Positions 22,184 to 32,954 are shown, counted from the first letter of the whole stretch. The stretch: DNA of 62,236 bases, filler included, from Babesia bigemina (GCF_000981445.1; 9 parts of 9 records of this genome joined end to end with filler, not necessarily neighbours in it); one strand, 5' to 3'. A program made the numbers and translations. Notes: generated by a model not told the origin, from the sequence alone.

Positions 22184-22679
22184 GGCGGATGAACCGTAAT
22201 ATGGTGGGTGTTGTAGCACGTTTATTGCCTGGTGCGTTGAGTTGTGCGTTGACTGTGAGAGGCGTCCGCGTTACCCATTGAGTGAGTGTCACGTGAGGCT
22301 GGGTGATTGGTCGCTAACGTAGCGGTCGTGAAGGCCGCGGCGGGTGACCTAAGTCGTGTGTTGCGAGTCACTCGCAGGGTGGCGTAATCCGCGTTGGCCC
22401 GGTTAAGTAGCATTTATAGGCGGCGATGTAGCGATTGTTAATATCACATTTAGGCACGTAGCCGACACGCTCCGCCAGCATGGCGTCTATACGCGGCTCG
22501 TAGCACGGTGCTGCTGCACTGTGGGAGTTGAGCGCACGGGGTTCGCTGTAATTCTTATGGCGTTGCGAATAGTGAATAATTTAGAGTGACAGTTGGTGCC
22601 GATCACATGCGTCGCGTCAGGTGAAGCCGTGGTATCCTGGGCAGCGTGGGTGTCGGTGGCCCGGGCTGGGGGGATACAG
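22184..22679 (+). repeat. Conserved ~495-bp dispersed element (copy 1), possible promoter or 5' region of the Cys-rich gene
   Basis: Highly similar copies at 24474-24968, 29456-29727 (reverse strand, partial) and 59585-60078. Confidence 0.8.
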
Positions 22680-22692
22680 CGGTGACGGTGCG

Positions 22693-23095
22693 TGTTGATG
22701 AGGTGACTGGGAGCGGCAGTGGTAGTGTTGCAGTTGGTGAGTGCTTGCTAGGTGATTGATACGTTTGCAGGTTGAGGGGACTGGGAGCGGCAGTGGTAGT
22801 GTTGCAGTTGGTGAGTGCGTTGCTAGGTGATTGATATGTCTGCAGATTGAGGGGACTGGGAGCGGCAGTGGTACGTGTTGCAGTTGGTGAGTGCGTTGCT
22901 AGGTGATTGATTATTTTTCGCAGTCTGAGGGGACTGGGAGGGGCAGTGGTAGTGTTGCAGTCGGTGAGTTCTGCTTAAGCGATTGATATGTTCGCAGGTT
23001 GACGGGACTGGGAGCGGCAGTGGTACGTGTTGCAGTTGGTGACTGCTGCTTGAGTGATTGATATGTTTGCAGGTTGAGTGAACTGGGAGGGGAAG
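22693..23095 (+). repeat. ~75-bp tandem repeat of a 40-41-nt exon-like part plus a 34-37-nt GT..CAG intron-like part (5 units)
   Basis: GTGA(G/C)T..GCAG segments at 22737-22770, 22811-22845, 22887-22923, 22964-22997 and 23039-23072. Confidence 0.8.
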
Positions 23096-23554
23096 ATGAC
23101 GCAGTGTATATGTGACAATAGATGTAACAAGCCTGATTGTAGGTGTTGCTACCTGTGTTGCATAAAATGTCGTCGTTGGTGTCCTGAGTGTCGCGAATTC
23201 TACAGTTCGCGCAGAAGCGGAGGGGAATGCCACACTAAGGATTGTCTTGGTTGTGACACTCGTACATGTCAATGTATATGTTGTAGAACTAAACAGATTA
23301 ACGCTCTTCGTGCCCAGCATGCCGCCAGTCAACAGCTTCGCTCTGATTCCTCCGGTTCCTCCTCCTCCCGTGCTCTGCCTCAGCCCGCCGGTCAACTGCG
23401 TTCCACTGGCGACTCTAATCCCTCTACTCCCTCTTCCTCAGCCGTCCTCCCTTACATCGTCGCTGCCGTCGCCCTCATCATCGTCGTCGTCTGCGTCATG
23501 GTCTACTTCCGCGTCCGGCCGTTCCACAGGGTGCGGTATCTACTGCGCAGCTGA
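23096..23554 (+). CDS. Small 18-Cys protein with Ser/Pro linker and C-terminal TM anchor (tail A: YFRVRPFHRVRYLLRS)
   Basis: 152 aa from the ATG in gaagATG context; Cys scaffold shared with three paralogues. Confidence 0.75.
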   Translation: MTQCICDNRCNKPDCRCCYLCCIKCRRWCPECREFYSSRRSGGECHTKDCLGCDTRTCQCICCRTKQINALRAQHAASQQLRSDSSGSSSSRALPQPAGQLRSTGDSNPSTPSSSAVLPYIVAAVALIIVVVCVMVYFRVRPFHRVRYLLRS

Positions 23555-23651
23555 TCGCAATAACCTAACTGGCAACTGACTTCTAATGTTGTGGACAGTA
23601 ATGATTGCGTTGATGATAAATCACATGAGCAGTGAGGTGACTACATCCCCG

Positions 23652-23790
23652 TCCCTACTCCGCCATCGCCGCCGTCGTTTTCATCATCGTCGCCATCTGC
23701 GTCATGGTCTACTTCCGCTTTCCGGTGGGTCGCAACATCCGCGATTTCCTCGTCCGCAAGATACCCTTCTGCATCGCGTTCTACAGCTAA
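23652..23790 (+). pseudogene. Orphan TM/tail cassette, A/B hybrid (PYSAIAAVVFIIVAICVMVYFRFPVGRNIRDFLVRKIPFCIAFYS*)
   Basis: Manual translation; no start ATG ahead of the TM segment and an in-frame TGA just upstream. Confidence 0.6.
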
Positions 23791-23924
23791 TTTCGACGAT
23801 TGGTCAGCGCAAACATCGTAATCCAAATCCCACTGATCACCTAACTGGCAACTGACATCTAATGTTATAGACAAAGTATGATTGCATTGACGATCCATCA
23901 CATGAGCAGCGAGGTGACTTAGCA

Positions 23925-24237
23925 ACTGACCAACGTGGTGACCAAAGTGGTGACCAAGCACCTAACCAAGTTAGTGGTCACGGCAGCGATGACATGGTCA
24001 CGGCAGCGATGACATGGTCACGGCAGCGATGGCATGGTCACGGCAGCGATGGCATGGTCACGGCAGCGATGACATGGTCACGGCAGCGATGACATGGTCA
24101 CGGCAGCGATGACATGGTTACGGCAGCGATGACATGGTCACGGCAGCGATGACATGGTCACGGCAGCGATGACATGGTTACGGCAGCGATGACATGGTCA
24201 CGGCAGCGATGACATGGTTACGGCAGCGATGACATGG
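23925..24237 (+). repeat. Short 12-bp array followed by 20-bp array, truncated by gap
   Basis: Same units as 108-616. Confidence 0.9.
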
Positions 24238-24337
24238 NNNNNNNNNNNNNNNNNNNNNNNNNNNNNNNNNNNNNNNNNNNNTTAATTAATTAANNNNNNN
24301 NNNNNNNNNNNNNNNNNNNNNNNNNNNNNNNNNNNNN
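24238..24337. other. Artificial contig linker
   Basis: N44-TTAATTAATTAA-N44. Confidence 0.97.
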
Positions 24338-24473
24338 GGCAAAGTGCTAAGCAAGCATCCAGGCAAAGTGGTAAGCTAGCACCCAGGCAAAGTGCTAACC
24401 TAGCACCCAGGCAAAGTGCTAACCTAGCACCCAGGCAAAGTGCTAACCTAGCACCCAGGCAAAGTGGTAAGCT
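24338..24473 (+). repeat. 24-bp array (partial)
   Basis: Same unit as 21305-22183. Confidence 0.9.
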
Positions 24474-24968
24474 GGCGGATGAACCGTAATTTGGTAGGTG
24501 TTGTGGCACGTTGATTGCCTGGTGCCTTGAGTTAGGCGTTGACTGTGAGAGGTGTCTGCGTTGCCCATTGAGTCAGTGTTACGTGAGGCTGGGTGATTGG
24601 TCGCTAACGTAGGCGGTCGTGAAGGCCGCGGCGAGTGACCTAAGTCGTGTGTTGCGAGTCACTGGCGGGGTGGCGCAATCCGAGTTGGCCTGGTTAAGTA
24701 GCATTTATAGGCGGCAATGTAACGATCGTTAATATCACATTTAGGCACGTAGCCGACACCGCCGCCAGCATGGCGCCGATACCGCGGCTCGTAGCACGGT
24801 GCTGCTGCACTGTGGGAGTTGAGCGCACGGGTCGCTGCAATTTTAATGGCGTTGCAAATAGTGAATAATTTAGAGTGACAGTTGTTGCCGATCACATGCG
24901 TCGCGTCAGGTTTAGCAGTGGTATCCTGGGCAGCGTGGGTGTCGGTGGCCTGGGCTGGGGGGATACAG
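24474..24968 (+). repeat. Conserved ~495-bp element (copy 2)
   Basis: Matches 22184-22679. Confidence 0.8.
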
Positions 24969-24981
24969 GGGTTAGGGTGCG

Positions 24982-25208
24982 TGTTGCAGTTGGTGAGTGC
25001 GTTGCTTAAGTGATTGATATGTTTGCAGGCTGAGGGGACCGGGAGGGGCAGTGGTAGTGTTGCAGTTGGTGAGTGCTTGCTTAAGTGACTGATATGTTCG
25101 CAGGTTGAGGGGACTGGGAGCGGCAGTGGTACGTGTTGCAGTTGGTGAGTGCGTTGCTAGGTGATTGATATGTTCGCAGGCTGAGAGGACTGGGAGGGGA
25201 GCGGGAAG
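24982..25208 (+). repeat. ~75-bp intron/exon-like repeats (3 intron-like parts)
   Basis: GTGAGT..GCAG at 24993-25028, 25069-25103 and 25145-25179. Confidence 0.8.
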
Positions 25209-25664
25209 ATGAGTTGGGGGACGTGTCAGTGTGACCCTAAATGTACACAGGGTGAATGTAGATGCTGCTATTTGTGTTGTAAAAAATGTATACGATGTTT
25301 TTCTCATTGTCGAAAATTTTATCAAGGCCGCCTACGTGGAGAGGATTGCCATCGTGAAAATTGTGTTAAGTGTAATTCCGGTTGTCAATGTAACTGTTGT
25401 CTACGGAAACCTTATGCCTCCTCCAGTTCTTCCTCCTCTTCATCCAGTGCCGTCCAAGGCCCCGGTTCCTCTGGTTCCTCCTTCTCCAGTGCAGAGCCTC
25501 ACGCCGGTCAACTGCGTCACACGGGCGTCCCTGACTCACCATCCTCTCCTAACGTCCTACCCATCATCATCGTCCCCGTCGCCCTCATCATCGTCGTCAT
25601 CTGCGTCATGGTCTACTTCCGCATCCGTCCGTTCCACAGGGTGCGGTATCTACTGCGCAGCTGA
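25209..25664 (+). CDS. Small 18-Cys TM-anchored protein (tail A)
   Basis: 151 aa; conserved Cys scaffold, Ser-rich linker, TM and YFRIRPFHRVRYLLRS. Confidence 0.75.
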   Translation: MSWGTCQCDPKCTQGECRCCYLCCKKCIRCFSHCRKFYQGRLRGEDCHRENCVKCNSGCQCNCCLRKPYASSSSSSSSSSAVQGPGSSGSSFSSAEPHAGQLRHTGVPDSPSSPNVLPIIIVPVALIIVVICVMVYFRIRPFHRVRYLLRS

Positions 25665-25763
25665 TGAAATAACCTAACTGGCAATTGGCGTCTAATGTTG
25701 TAGACAGTGTTATGGTCGCGTTGATAATGAATCACATGAGCAGTGAGGTGACTACTTCACTCT

Positions 25764-25910
25764 CCCTACTCCGCCATCGCCGCCGTCATCGTTGCCCTCA
25801 TCGTCGCCATCATCCTGCTCGACCTGTGCATCTTCCGCTTCCCGGTGGGCCGCAACATCCGCGATTTCCTCGTCCGCAAGATACCGTTCTGCATCGCGTT
25901 CTACAGCTAA
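25764..25910 (+). pseudogene. Orphan TM/tail cassette B (..IILLDLCIFRFPVGRNIRDFLVRKIPFCIAFYS*)
   Basis: Same peptide as the in-frame C-terminus of 60492-61037, but no start codon. Confidence 0.6.
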
Positions 25911-26019
25911 CATCGACAATCTGTTACCGCCGAAATCGTTAATCCAAATTCCACTGATCACCTAACTGCCAACTGACATCTAATGTGCTAGACAGTAACG
26001 ATTGCGTTGATGAGCAACC

Positions 26020-26519
26020 ATATGACCAATGTGTTGACCAACGTGTTGACCAAAGTGCTGACCAAGTTGGTGGTTACGGCAGCGATGACATGGACACAGC
26101 AGCGATGAAATGGTCACGGCAGCGATGACATGGACACAGCAGCGATGACAGTGGTGAGCAGAGTAGTGATTATTATCCACTCTACATCGCCCCTTTATCC
26201 ACTCTACATCGCTCCCTAATCCACTCTACATCGCCCCTTTACCCACTCTACATCGCTCCCTAACCCACTCTACATCGCTCCCTAACCCACTCTACATCGC
26301 CCCTTTATCCACTCTACATCGCTCCCTAATCCACTCCACATCGCTCCTTTATCCACTCTACATCGCCCCTAACCCGCTCCACATCGCTCCTTAACCCACT
26401 CTACATCGCCCCTTAATCCACTCTACATCGCTCCTCTATCCACTCTACATCGCTCCCTAACCCACTCTACATCGCTCCTTAACCCACTCTACATCGCTCC
26501 TTAATCCACTCTACATCGC
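26020..26519 (+). repeat. Short 12-bp and 20-bp arrays, then 21-22-bp array (from ~26175), truncated by gap
   Basis: Same units and order as 108-1760. Confidence 0.9.
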
Positions 26520-26619
26520 NNNNNNNNNNNNNNNNNNNNNNNNNNNNNNNNNNNNNNNNNNNNTTAATTAATTAANNNNNNNNNNNNNNNNNNNNNNNNN
26601 NNNNNNNNNNNNNNNNNNN
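26520..26619. other. Artificial contig linker
   Basis: N44-TTAATTAATTAA-N44. Confidence 0.97.
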
Positions 26620-28092
26620 GTGGGTAAGGGGCGATGTAGAGTGGATTAAGGGGCGATGTAGAGTGGATTAAGGGGCGATGTAGAGTGGATTAAGGGGCGA
26701 TGTAGAGTGGATTAAGGGGCGATGTAGAGTGGGTAAAGGAGCGATGTAGAGTGGGTAAAGGGGCGATGTGGAGTGGATAAGGAGCGATGTAGAGTGGGTA
26801 AGGGGCGATGTAGAGTGGATAAATGAGCGATGGAGAGTGGCTAAAGGGGCGATGTAGAGTGGGTTAAGGGGCGATGTGGAGTGGGTAAAGGGGCGATGTG
26901 GAGTGGATTAAGGGGCGATGTAGAGTGGGTAAAGGGGCGATGTGGAGTGGGTTAAGGGGCGATGTAGAGTGGATAAACGAGCGATGAAGAGTGGGTTAGG
27001 GAGCGATGTAGAGTGGGTTAGGCAGCGATGTGGAGTGGGTTAGGGAGCGATGTAGAGTGGGTTAGGGAGCGATGTAGAGTGGGTAAAGGGGCGATGTAGA
27101 GTGGGTTAAGGAGCGATGTAGAGTGGGTTAGGGAGCGATGTAGAGTGGATAAAGGAGCGATGTAGAGTGGATAAAGGGGCGATGTAGAGTGGATAAAGGG
27201 GCGATGTAAGGTGGGTTAGGGAGCGATGTAGAGTGGATGAAGGGCCGATGTAGAGTGGTTAAGGGGCGATGTAGAGTGGTGAAAGGGGCGATGTAGAGTG
27301 GATAAAGGGGCGATGTAGAGTGGATAAGGGAGCGATTAGAGAAGGTTAAGGGGCGATGTAGAGTGGATAAGGGGCGATGTAGAGTGGATAAGGGGCGATG
27401 TGGAGTGGGTTAGGGAGCGATGTAGAGTGGGTTAAGGGGCGATGTAGAGTGGATAAAGGGGCGATGTAGAGTGGGTAAAGGGGCGATGTAGAGTGGGTTA
27501 GGGGGCGATAAAGAGTGGGTCAGGGAGCGATGTAGAGTGGATTAAGGGGCGATGTAGAGTGGGTAGAGGAGCGATGTAGGGTGGATTAAGGGGCGATGTG
27601 GAGTGGGTAAAGGGGCGATGTGGAGTGGGTTTAAGGGCGATGTAGAGTGGGTTAGGGAGCGATGTAGAGTGGGTAAAGGAGCGATGTAGAGTGGGTAAAG
27701 GGGCGATGAAGGGTGGATTAGGGAGCGATGTAGAGTGGGTTAAGGGGCGATGTAGAGTGGGTTAAGGGGCGATGTAGAGTGGATAAGGGGCGATGTAGAG
27801 TGGTTAGAGGAGCGATGTAGAGTGGGTTAAGGGGCGATTTAGAGTGGGTTAAGGCGCGATGTAGAGTGGGTTAAGAGGCGATGTAGAGTGGATAAAGGGG
27901 CGATGAGGAGAGGGTTAGGGAGCGATGTAGAGTGGGTAAAGGAGCGATGTGGAGTGGATAAAGGGGCGATGTGGAGTGGATAGAGGAGCGATGTGGAGTG
28001 GATAGAGGAGCGATGTAGAGTGGATAAGGGAGCGATGTAAGGTGGGTTAAGGGGCGATGTAGAGTGGGTTAAGGAGCGATGTGGAGTGGATA
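26620..28092 (-). repeat. 21-22-bp array, reverse orientation
   Basis: Directly visible. Confidence 0.95.
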
Positions 28093-28107
28093 ATAATCAC
28101 ACTTCTG

Positions 28108-28340
28108 TCATGTCATCGCTGCCGTGACCATCAACTGTCATCGCTGCCGTGACCATCAACTGTCGTCGCTGCCGTAACCATCAACTGTCATCGCTGCCGT
28201 AACCATGTCATCGCTGCCGTAACCTCTAACTTGGTCAGTAATTGGTCACCACGTTGGTCAGGTGGTAGGTCACCACTTTGGTCAGGTGCTTGGTCAGCAC
28301 TTTGGTCATGGCATTGGTCGGCGACTAGGTCAGCACTTTG
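28108..28340 (-). repeat. 20-bp (with longer variants) and 12-bp arrays, reverse orientation
   Basis: CATCGCTGCCGTRACCA and TTGGTCA units. Confidence 0.85.
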
Positions 28341-28457
28341 CTCATGCGATTGATCATCAACGCAATCGTTACTCTGTCTAGAACATTAAATGTCAGTTGC
28401 CTGTTAGGTAATCAGCGGGATTTGGATTACGATGTTGGCGCTAATAATTTGTCGATA

Positions 28458-28605
28458 TCAGCTGTAAAACGCGATGCAGAAGGGTATCTTGCGGATGAGG
28501 AAATCGCGGATGTTGCGGCCCACCGGGAAGCGGAAGATGCACAGGTCGAGCAGGATGATGGCGACGATGATGAGGGCGACGGGGACGGCGGCGATGGTTT
28601 TGGGG
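28458..28605 (-). pseudogene. Orphan TM/tail cassette B (PKTIAAVPVALIIVAIILLDLCIFRFPVGRNIRDFLIRKIPFCIAFYS*)
   Basis: Manual translation of the minus strand. Confidence 0.6.
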
Positions 28606-28691
28606 GAAGTGTTATGGTCAAGTAATTGGTCATCAACGCAATCATTACTGTCTACAACATTAGATGTGAGTTGCCAATTTGGTTATTGTGA

Positions 28692-29183
28692 TTAGCTGCG
28701 CAGTAGATACCGCACCTTGTGGAACGGCCGGATGCGGAAGTAGATCATGACGCAGAGGACGACGATGATGAGGGCGACCGGGACGATGATGTAAGGGAGG
28801 ACGGCGGGGGATGATGATGAGGAAGAGGGGTTGGTGTGACTTTGTTGAATCACAGCTTGCTGCTGAAGACTGCGGGCAGAGGAGGAACCTGAGGAAGTGA
28901 CGCCACCGGAGGAGGTGCGGGAATGATGCTGAGTAGTAGATAGATGGGAACGAGTAAGGACGACAGGGCGTTGTCTTTCACAACACTCACATAGACATGT
29001 GCTTTTCTCACAATCATTACATCTCTGAGGTTTGCAGTCCCATGATCCACTTCTGCGCGATTGAGACAACGGAAGACATGGAAGACATTTTGATATCTTA
29101 CATTTTGCACAACACCAGTGACAGCAATTACACACCACACGCTCTTTACATTTTTTGTTACAACTACACGTTAATATGCTCAT
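28692..29183 (-). CDS. Small 18-Cys TM-anchored protein (tail A)
   Basis: 163 aa; gaagATG start context, Cys scaffold, TM and YFRIRPFHKVRYLLRS. Confidence 0.75.
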   Translation of the reverse strand: MSILTCSCNKKCKERVVCNCCHWCCAKCKISKCLPCLPLSQSRRSGSWDCKPQRCNDCEKSTCLCECCERQRPVVLTRSHLSTTQHHSRTSSGGVTSSGSSSARSLQQQAVIQQSHTNPSSSSSSPAVLPYIIVPVALIIVVLCVMIYFRIRPFHKVRYLLRS

Positions 29184-29442
29184 CTTCCTCTCTCCCTCCC
29201 ACTCCCCTCAGCCTGCAGACATATCAATCACCTGGCAACGCACTCACCAACTGCAACTCGTACCACTGCCGCTCCCACTTCCCTCAACCTGCAATCATAT
29301 CAATCACCTAAGCAGCACTCACCAACTGCAACACGTACCACTGCCGCTCCCAGTCCCCTCAACCTGCAAACATATCAATCACTCAAGCAGCACTCACCAA
29401 CTGCAACACGTACCACTGCCGCTTCCAGTCCCCTCATCAACA
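29184..29442 (-). repeat. ~75-bp intron/exon-like repeats (3 intron-like parts)
   Basis: Reverse complement of the 22693-23095 unit. Confidence 0.8.
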
Positions 29443-29455
29443 CGCACCCTCACCC

Positions 29456-29727
29456 CTGTATCCCCCAGCCCTGGCCACCGACACCCACGCTGCCCGGGAT
29501 ACCACAGCTGCCCTGACGCGACGCATGTGATCAGCACCAACTGTCACTCTAAATTATTCACTATTCGCAACGCCATTAAAATTGCAGCGACCCGTGCGCT
29601 CAACTCCCACAGTGCAGCAGAACCCTGCTACGAGCCGCGGTATCGGCGCCATACTGGCGGAGCGTGTCGGCTACGTGCCTAAATATCATATTAACAATCG
29701 CTACATTGCCGCCTATAAATGCTACTC
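29456..29727 (-). repeat. Conserved ~495-bp element (partial copy 3, cut by gap)
   Basis: Reverse complement of the 3' half of 22184-22679. Confidence 0.8.
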
Positions 29728-29827
29728 NNNNNNNNNNNNNNNNNNNNNNNNNNNNNNNNNNNNNNNNNNNNTTAATTAATTAANNNNNNNNNNNNNNNNN
29801 NNNNNNNNNNNNNNNNNNNNNNNNNNN
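29728..29827. other. Artificial contig linker
   Basis: N44-TTAATTAATTAA-N44. Confidence 0.97.
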
Positions 29828-30722
29828 TAAACCTAAAACCCTAAACCCTAAAACCCTAAAACCCTAAACCCTAAAAAAACCCTAAACCCTAAAAACCCTA
29901 AAACCCTAAAACCCTAAAACCCTAAAACCCTAAAACCCTAAAAACCCTAAAACCCTAAAAACCCTAAAACCCTAAACCCTAAAAACCCTAAAACCCTAAA
30001 ACCCTAAAACCCTAAAAAACCCTAAAAACCCTAAAACCCTAAAAACCCTAAAACCCTAAAAACCCTAAAACCCTAAAAACCTAAAACCCTAAAACCCTAA
30101 AACCCTAAACCCTAAAACCCTAAAAACCCTAAACCCTAAAACCCTAAAAACCCTAAAAAACCTAAACCTAAAAACCCTAAAACCCTAAAACCCTAAAACC
30201 CTAAAAACCCTAAAACCCTAAAACCCTAAAACCCTAAACCCTAAACCTAAAAACCCTAAAACCCTAAACCCTAAAACCCTAAACCTAAACCCTAAAAAAC
30301 CCTAAAACCCTAAAAACCCTAAAAAACCCTAAACCCTAAAACCCTAAAAACCCTAAACCCTAAAAACCTAAAAAACCCTAAAAACCCTAAAACCCTAAAA
30401 ACCCTAAACCCTAAAACCCTAAAAACCCTAAACCCAAAAACCCTAAAAACCCTAAAACCCTAAACCAAAAAAACCCTAAAAACCCTAAAACCCTAAAACC
30501 CTAAAACCCTAAAAACCCTAAAACCCTAAAACCTAAACCCTAAAACCCTAAAAACCCTAAACCCTAAAACCCTAAAACCCTAAAAACCCTAAAACCTAAA
30601 ACCCTAAAACCCTAAACCCTAAACCCTAAAACCCTAAAACCCTAAAAACCCTAAAAACCCTAAAACCCTAAAACCCTAAAAACCCTGAAAACCTAAGAAC
30701 CTAAGAAACCTAAAAACCTAAG
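29828..30722 (+). repeat. Telomeric repeat tract (CCCTAAAA)n with variable A-run; chromosome end to the left
   Basis: CCCTA(3-7) units starting at a contig edge and degenerating proximally (CCCTGAAA, CCTAAG). Confidence 0.93.
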
Positions 30723-30759
30723 CCCAGTGACCTGGCCTCCTAACCCTAGAATTCTAGGA

Positions 30760-32954
30760 CCTCATCTACTCATCTTCCTGTTTCTGGCCTTAGATAAGCC
30801 TTGATTCTAATTTGCCTTGTTATTGCTACTCATCTTATCTTATTCAGCTACTCATCTTCCTGTTTCTGGCCTTAGATAAGCCTTGATTCTAATTTGCCTT
30901 GTTATTGCTACTCATCTTATTCAGCTACTCATCTTATCTTATTCAGCTACTCATCTTATCTTATTCAGCTACTCATCTTATCTTATTCAGCTACTCATCT
31001 TATCTTATTCAGCTACTCATCTTATCTTATTCAGCTACTCATCTTATCTTATTCAGCTACTCATCTGATCTTATTCAGCTACTCATCTGCTAGTCTTCGG
31101 CTTTAGATCAGCTACGCTTCTAATCTGCCTCGGCTACGCATCTCATCTTATTCAGCTACTCATCTTATCTTATTCAGCTACTCATCTTATCTTATTCAGC
31201 TACTCATCTTATCTTATTCAGCTACTCATCTTATCTTATTCAGCTACTCATCTTATCTTATTCAGCTACTCATCTTATCTTATTCAGCTACTCATCTTAT
31301 CTTATTCAGCTACTCATCTTATCTTATTCAGCTACTCATCTTATCTTATTCAGCTACTCATCTTATCTTATTCAGCTACTCATCTTATCTTATTCAGCTA
31401 CTCATCTTATCTTATTCAGCTACTCATCTTATCTTATTCAGCTACTCATCTTATCTTATTCAGCTACTCATCTTATCTTATTCAGCTACTCATCTTATCT
31501 TATTCAGCTACTCATCTTCCTGTTTCTGGCCTTAGATAAGCCTTGATTCTAATTTGCCTTGTTATTGCTACTCATCTTATTCAGCTACTCATCTTATCTT
31601 ATTCAGCTACTCATCTTATCTTATTCAGCTACTCATCTTATCTTATTCAGCTACTCATCTTATCTTATTCAGCTACTCATCTTATCTTATTCAGCTACTC
31701 ATCTTATCTTATTCAGCTACTCATCTTCCTGTTTCTGGCCTTAGATAAGCCTTGATTCTAATTTGCCTCGGTATTGCTACTCATCTTATTCAGCTACTCA
31801 TCTTATCTTATTCAGCTACTCATCTTATCTTATTCAGCTACTCATCTTATTCAGCTACTCATCTTATCTTATTCAGCTACTCATCTTATCTTATTCAGCT
31901 ACTCATCTTATCTTATTCAGCTACTCATCTTATCTTATTCAGCTACTCATCTTATCTTATTCAGCTACTCATCTTATCTTATTCAGCTACTCATCTTATC
32001 TTATTCAGCTACTCATCTTATCTTATTCAGCTACTCATCTTATCTTATTCAGCTACTCATCTTCCTGTTTCTGGCCTTAGATAAGCCTTGATTCTAATTT
32101 GCCTTGTTATTGCTACTCATCTTATTCAGCTACTCATCTTATCTTATTCAGCTACTCATCTGATCTTATTCAGCTACTCATCTGATCTATTTCAGCTACT
32201 CATCTATCTTTATTCAGCTACTCATCTATCTTGATTCAGCTACTCATCTATCTATTCAGCTACTCATCTTCCTGTTTCTGGCCTTAGATAAGCCTTGATT
32301 CTAATTTGCCTTGTTATTGCTACTCATCTTATTCAGCTACTCATCTTATCTTATTCAGCTACTCATCTTATCTTATTCAGCTACTCATCTTCCTGTTTCT
32401 GGCCTTAGATAAGCCTTGATTCTAATTTGCCTTGTTATTGCTACTCATCTTATTCAGCTACTCATCTTATCTTATTCAGCTACTCATCTTATCTTATTCA
32501 GCTACTCATCTTATCTTATTCAGCTACTCATCTTATCTTATTCAGCTACTCATCTTATCTTATTCAGCTACTCATCTTCCTGTTTCTGGCCTTAGATAAG
32601 CCTTGATTCTAATTTGCCTTGTTATTGCTACTCATCTTATTCAGCTACTCATCTTATCTTATTCAGCTACTCATCTTCCTGTTTCTGGCCTTAGATAAGC
32701 CTTGATTCTAATTTGCCTTGTTATTGCTACTCATCTTATTCAGCTACTCATCTTATCTTATTCAGCTACTCATCTTATCTTATTCAGCTACTCATCTTAT
32801 CTTATTCAGCTACTCATCTTATCTTATTCAGCTACTCATCTTATCTTATTCAGCTACTCATCTTATCTTATTCAGCTACTCATCTTATCTTATTCAGCTA
32901 CTCATCTTATCTTATTCAGCTACTCATCTTCCTGTTTCTGGCCTTAGATAAGCC
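30760..32954 (+). repeat. Subtelomeric 22-bp satellite CTTATTCAGCTACTCATCTTAT punctuated by a conserved ~55-bp spacer
   Basis: Directly visible; contiguous with the telomere tract. Confidence 0.93.

Noticed and set aside
24338..29727. Large inverted repeat of the small-gene module
   Set aside because: The two arms are separate contigs joined at the 26520-26619 linker
29828..30722. Interstitial telomere or chromosome fusion
   Set aside because: The tract begins at a contig edge, so it is a normal chromosome end placed here by concatenation
30760..32954. CRISPR-like array or coding repeats (LIQLLILSYSATH ORFs)
   Set aside because: Intervening segments are satellite units rather than unique spacers, there are no cas genes, the context is eukaryotic and telomeric, and the ORFs are stop-free satellite translations
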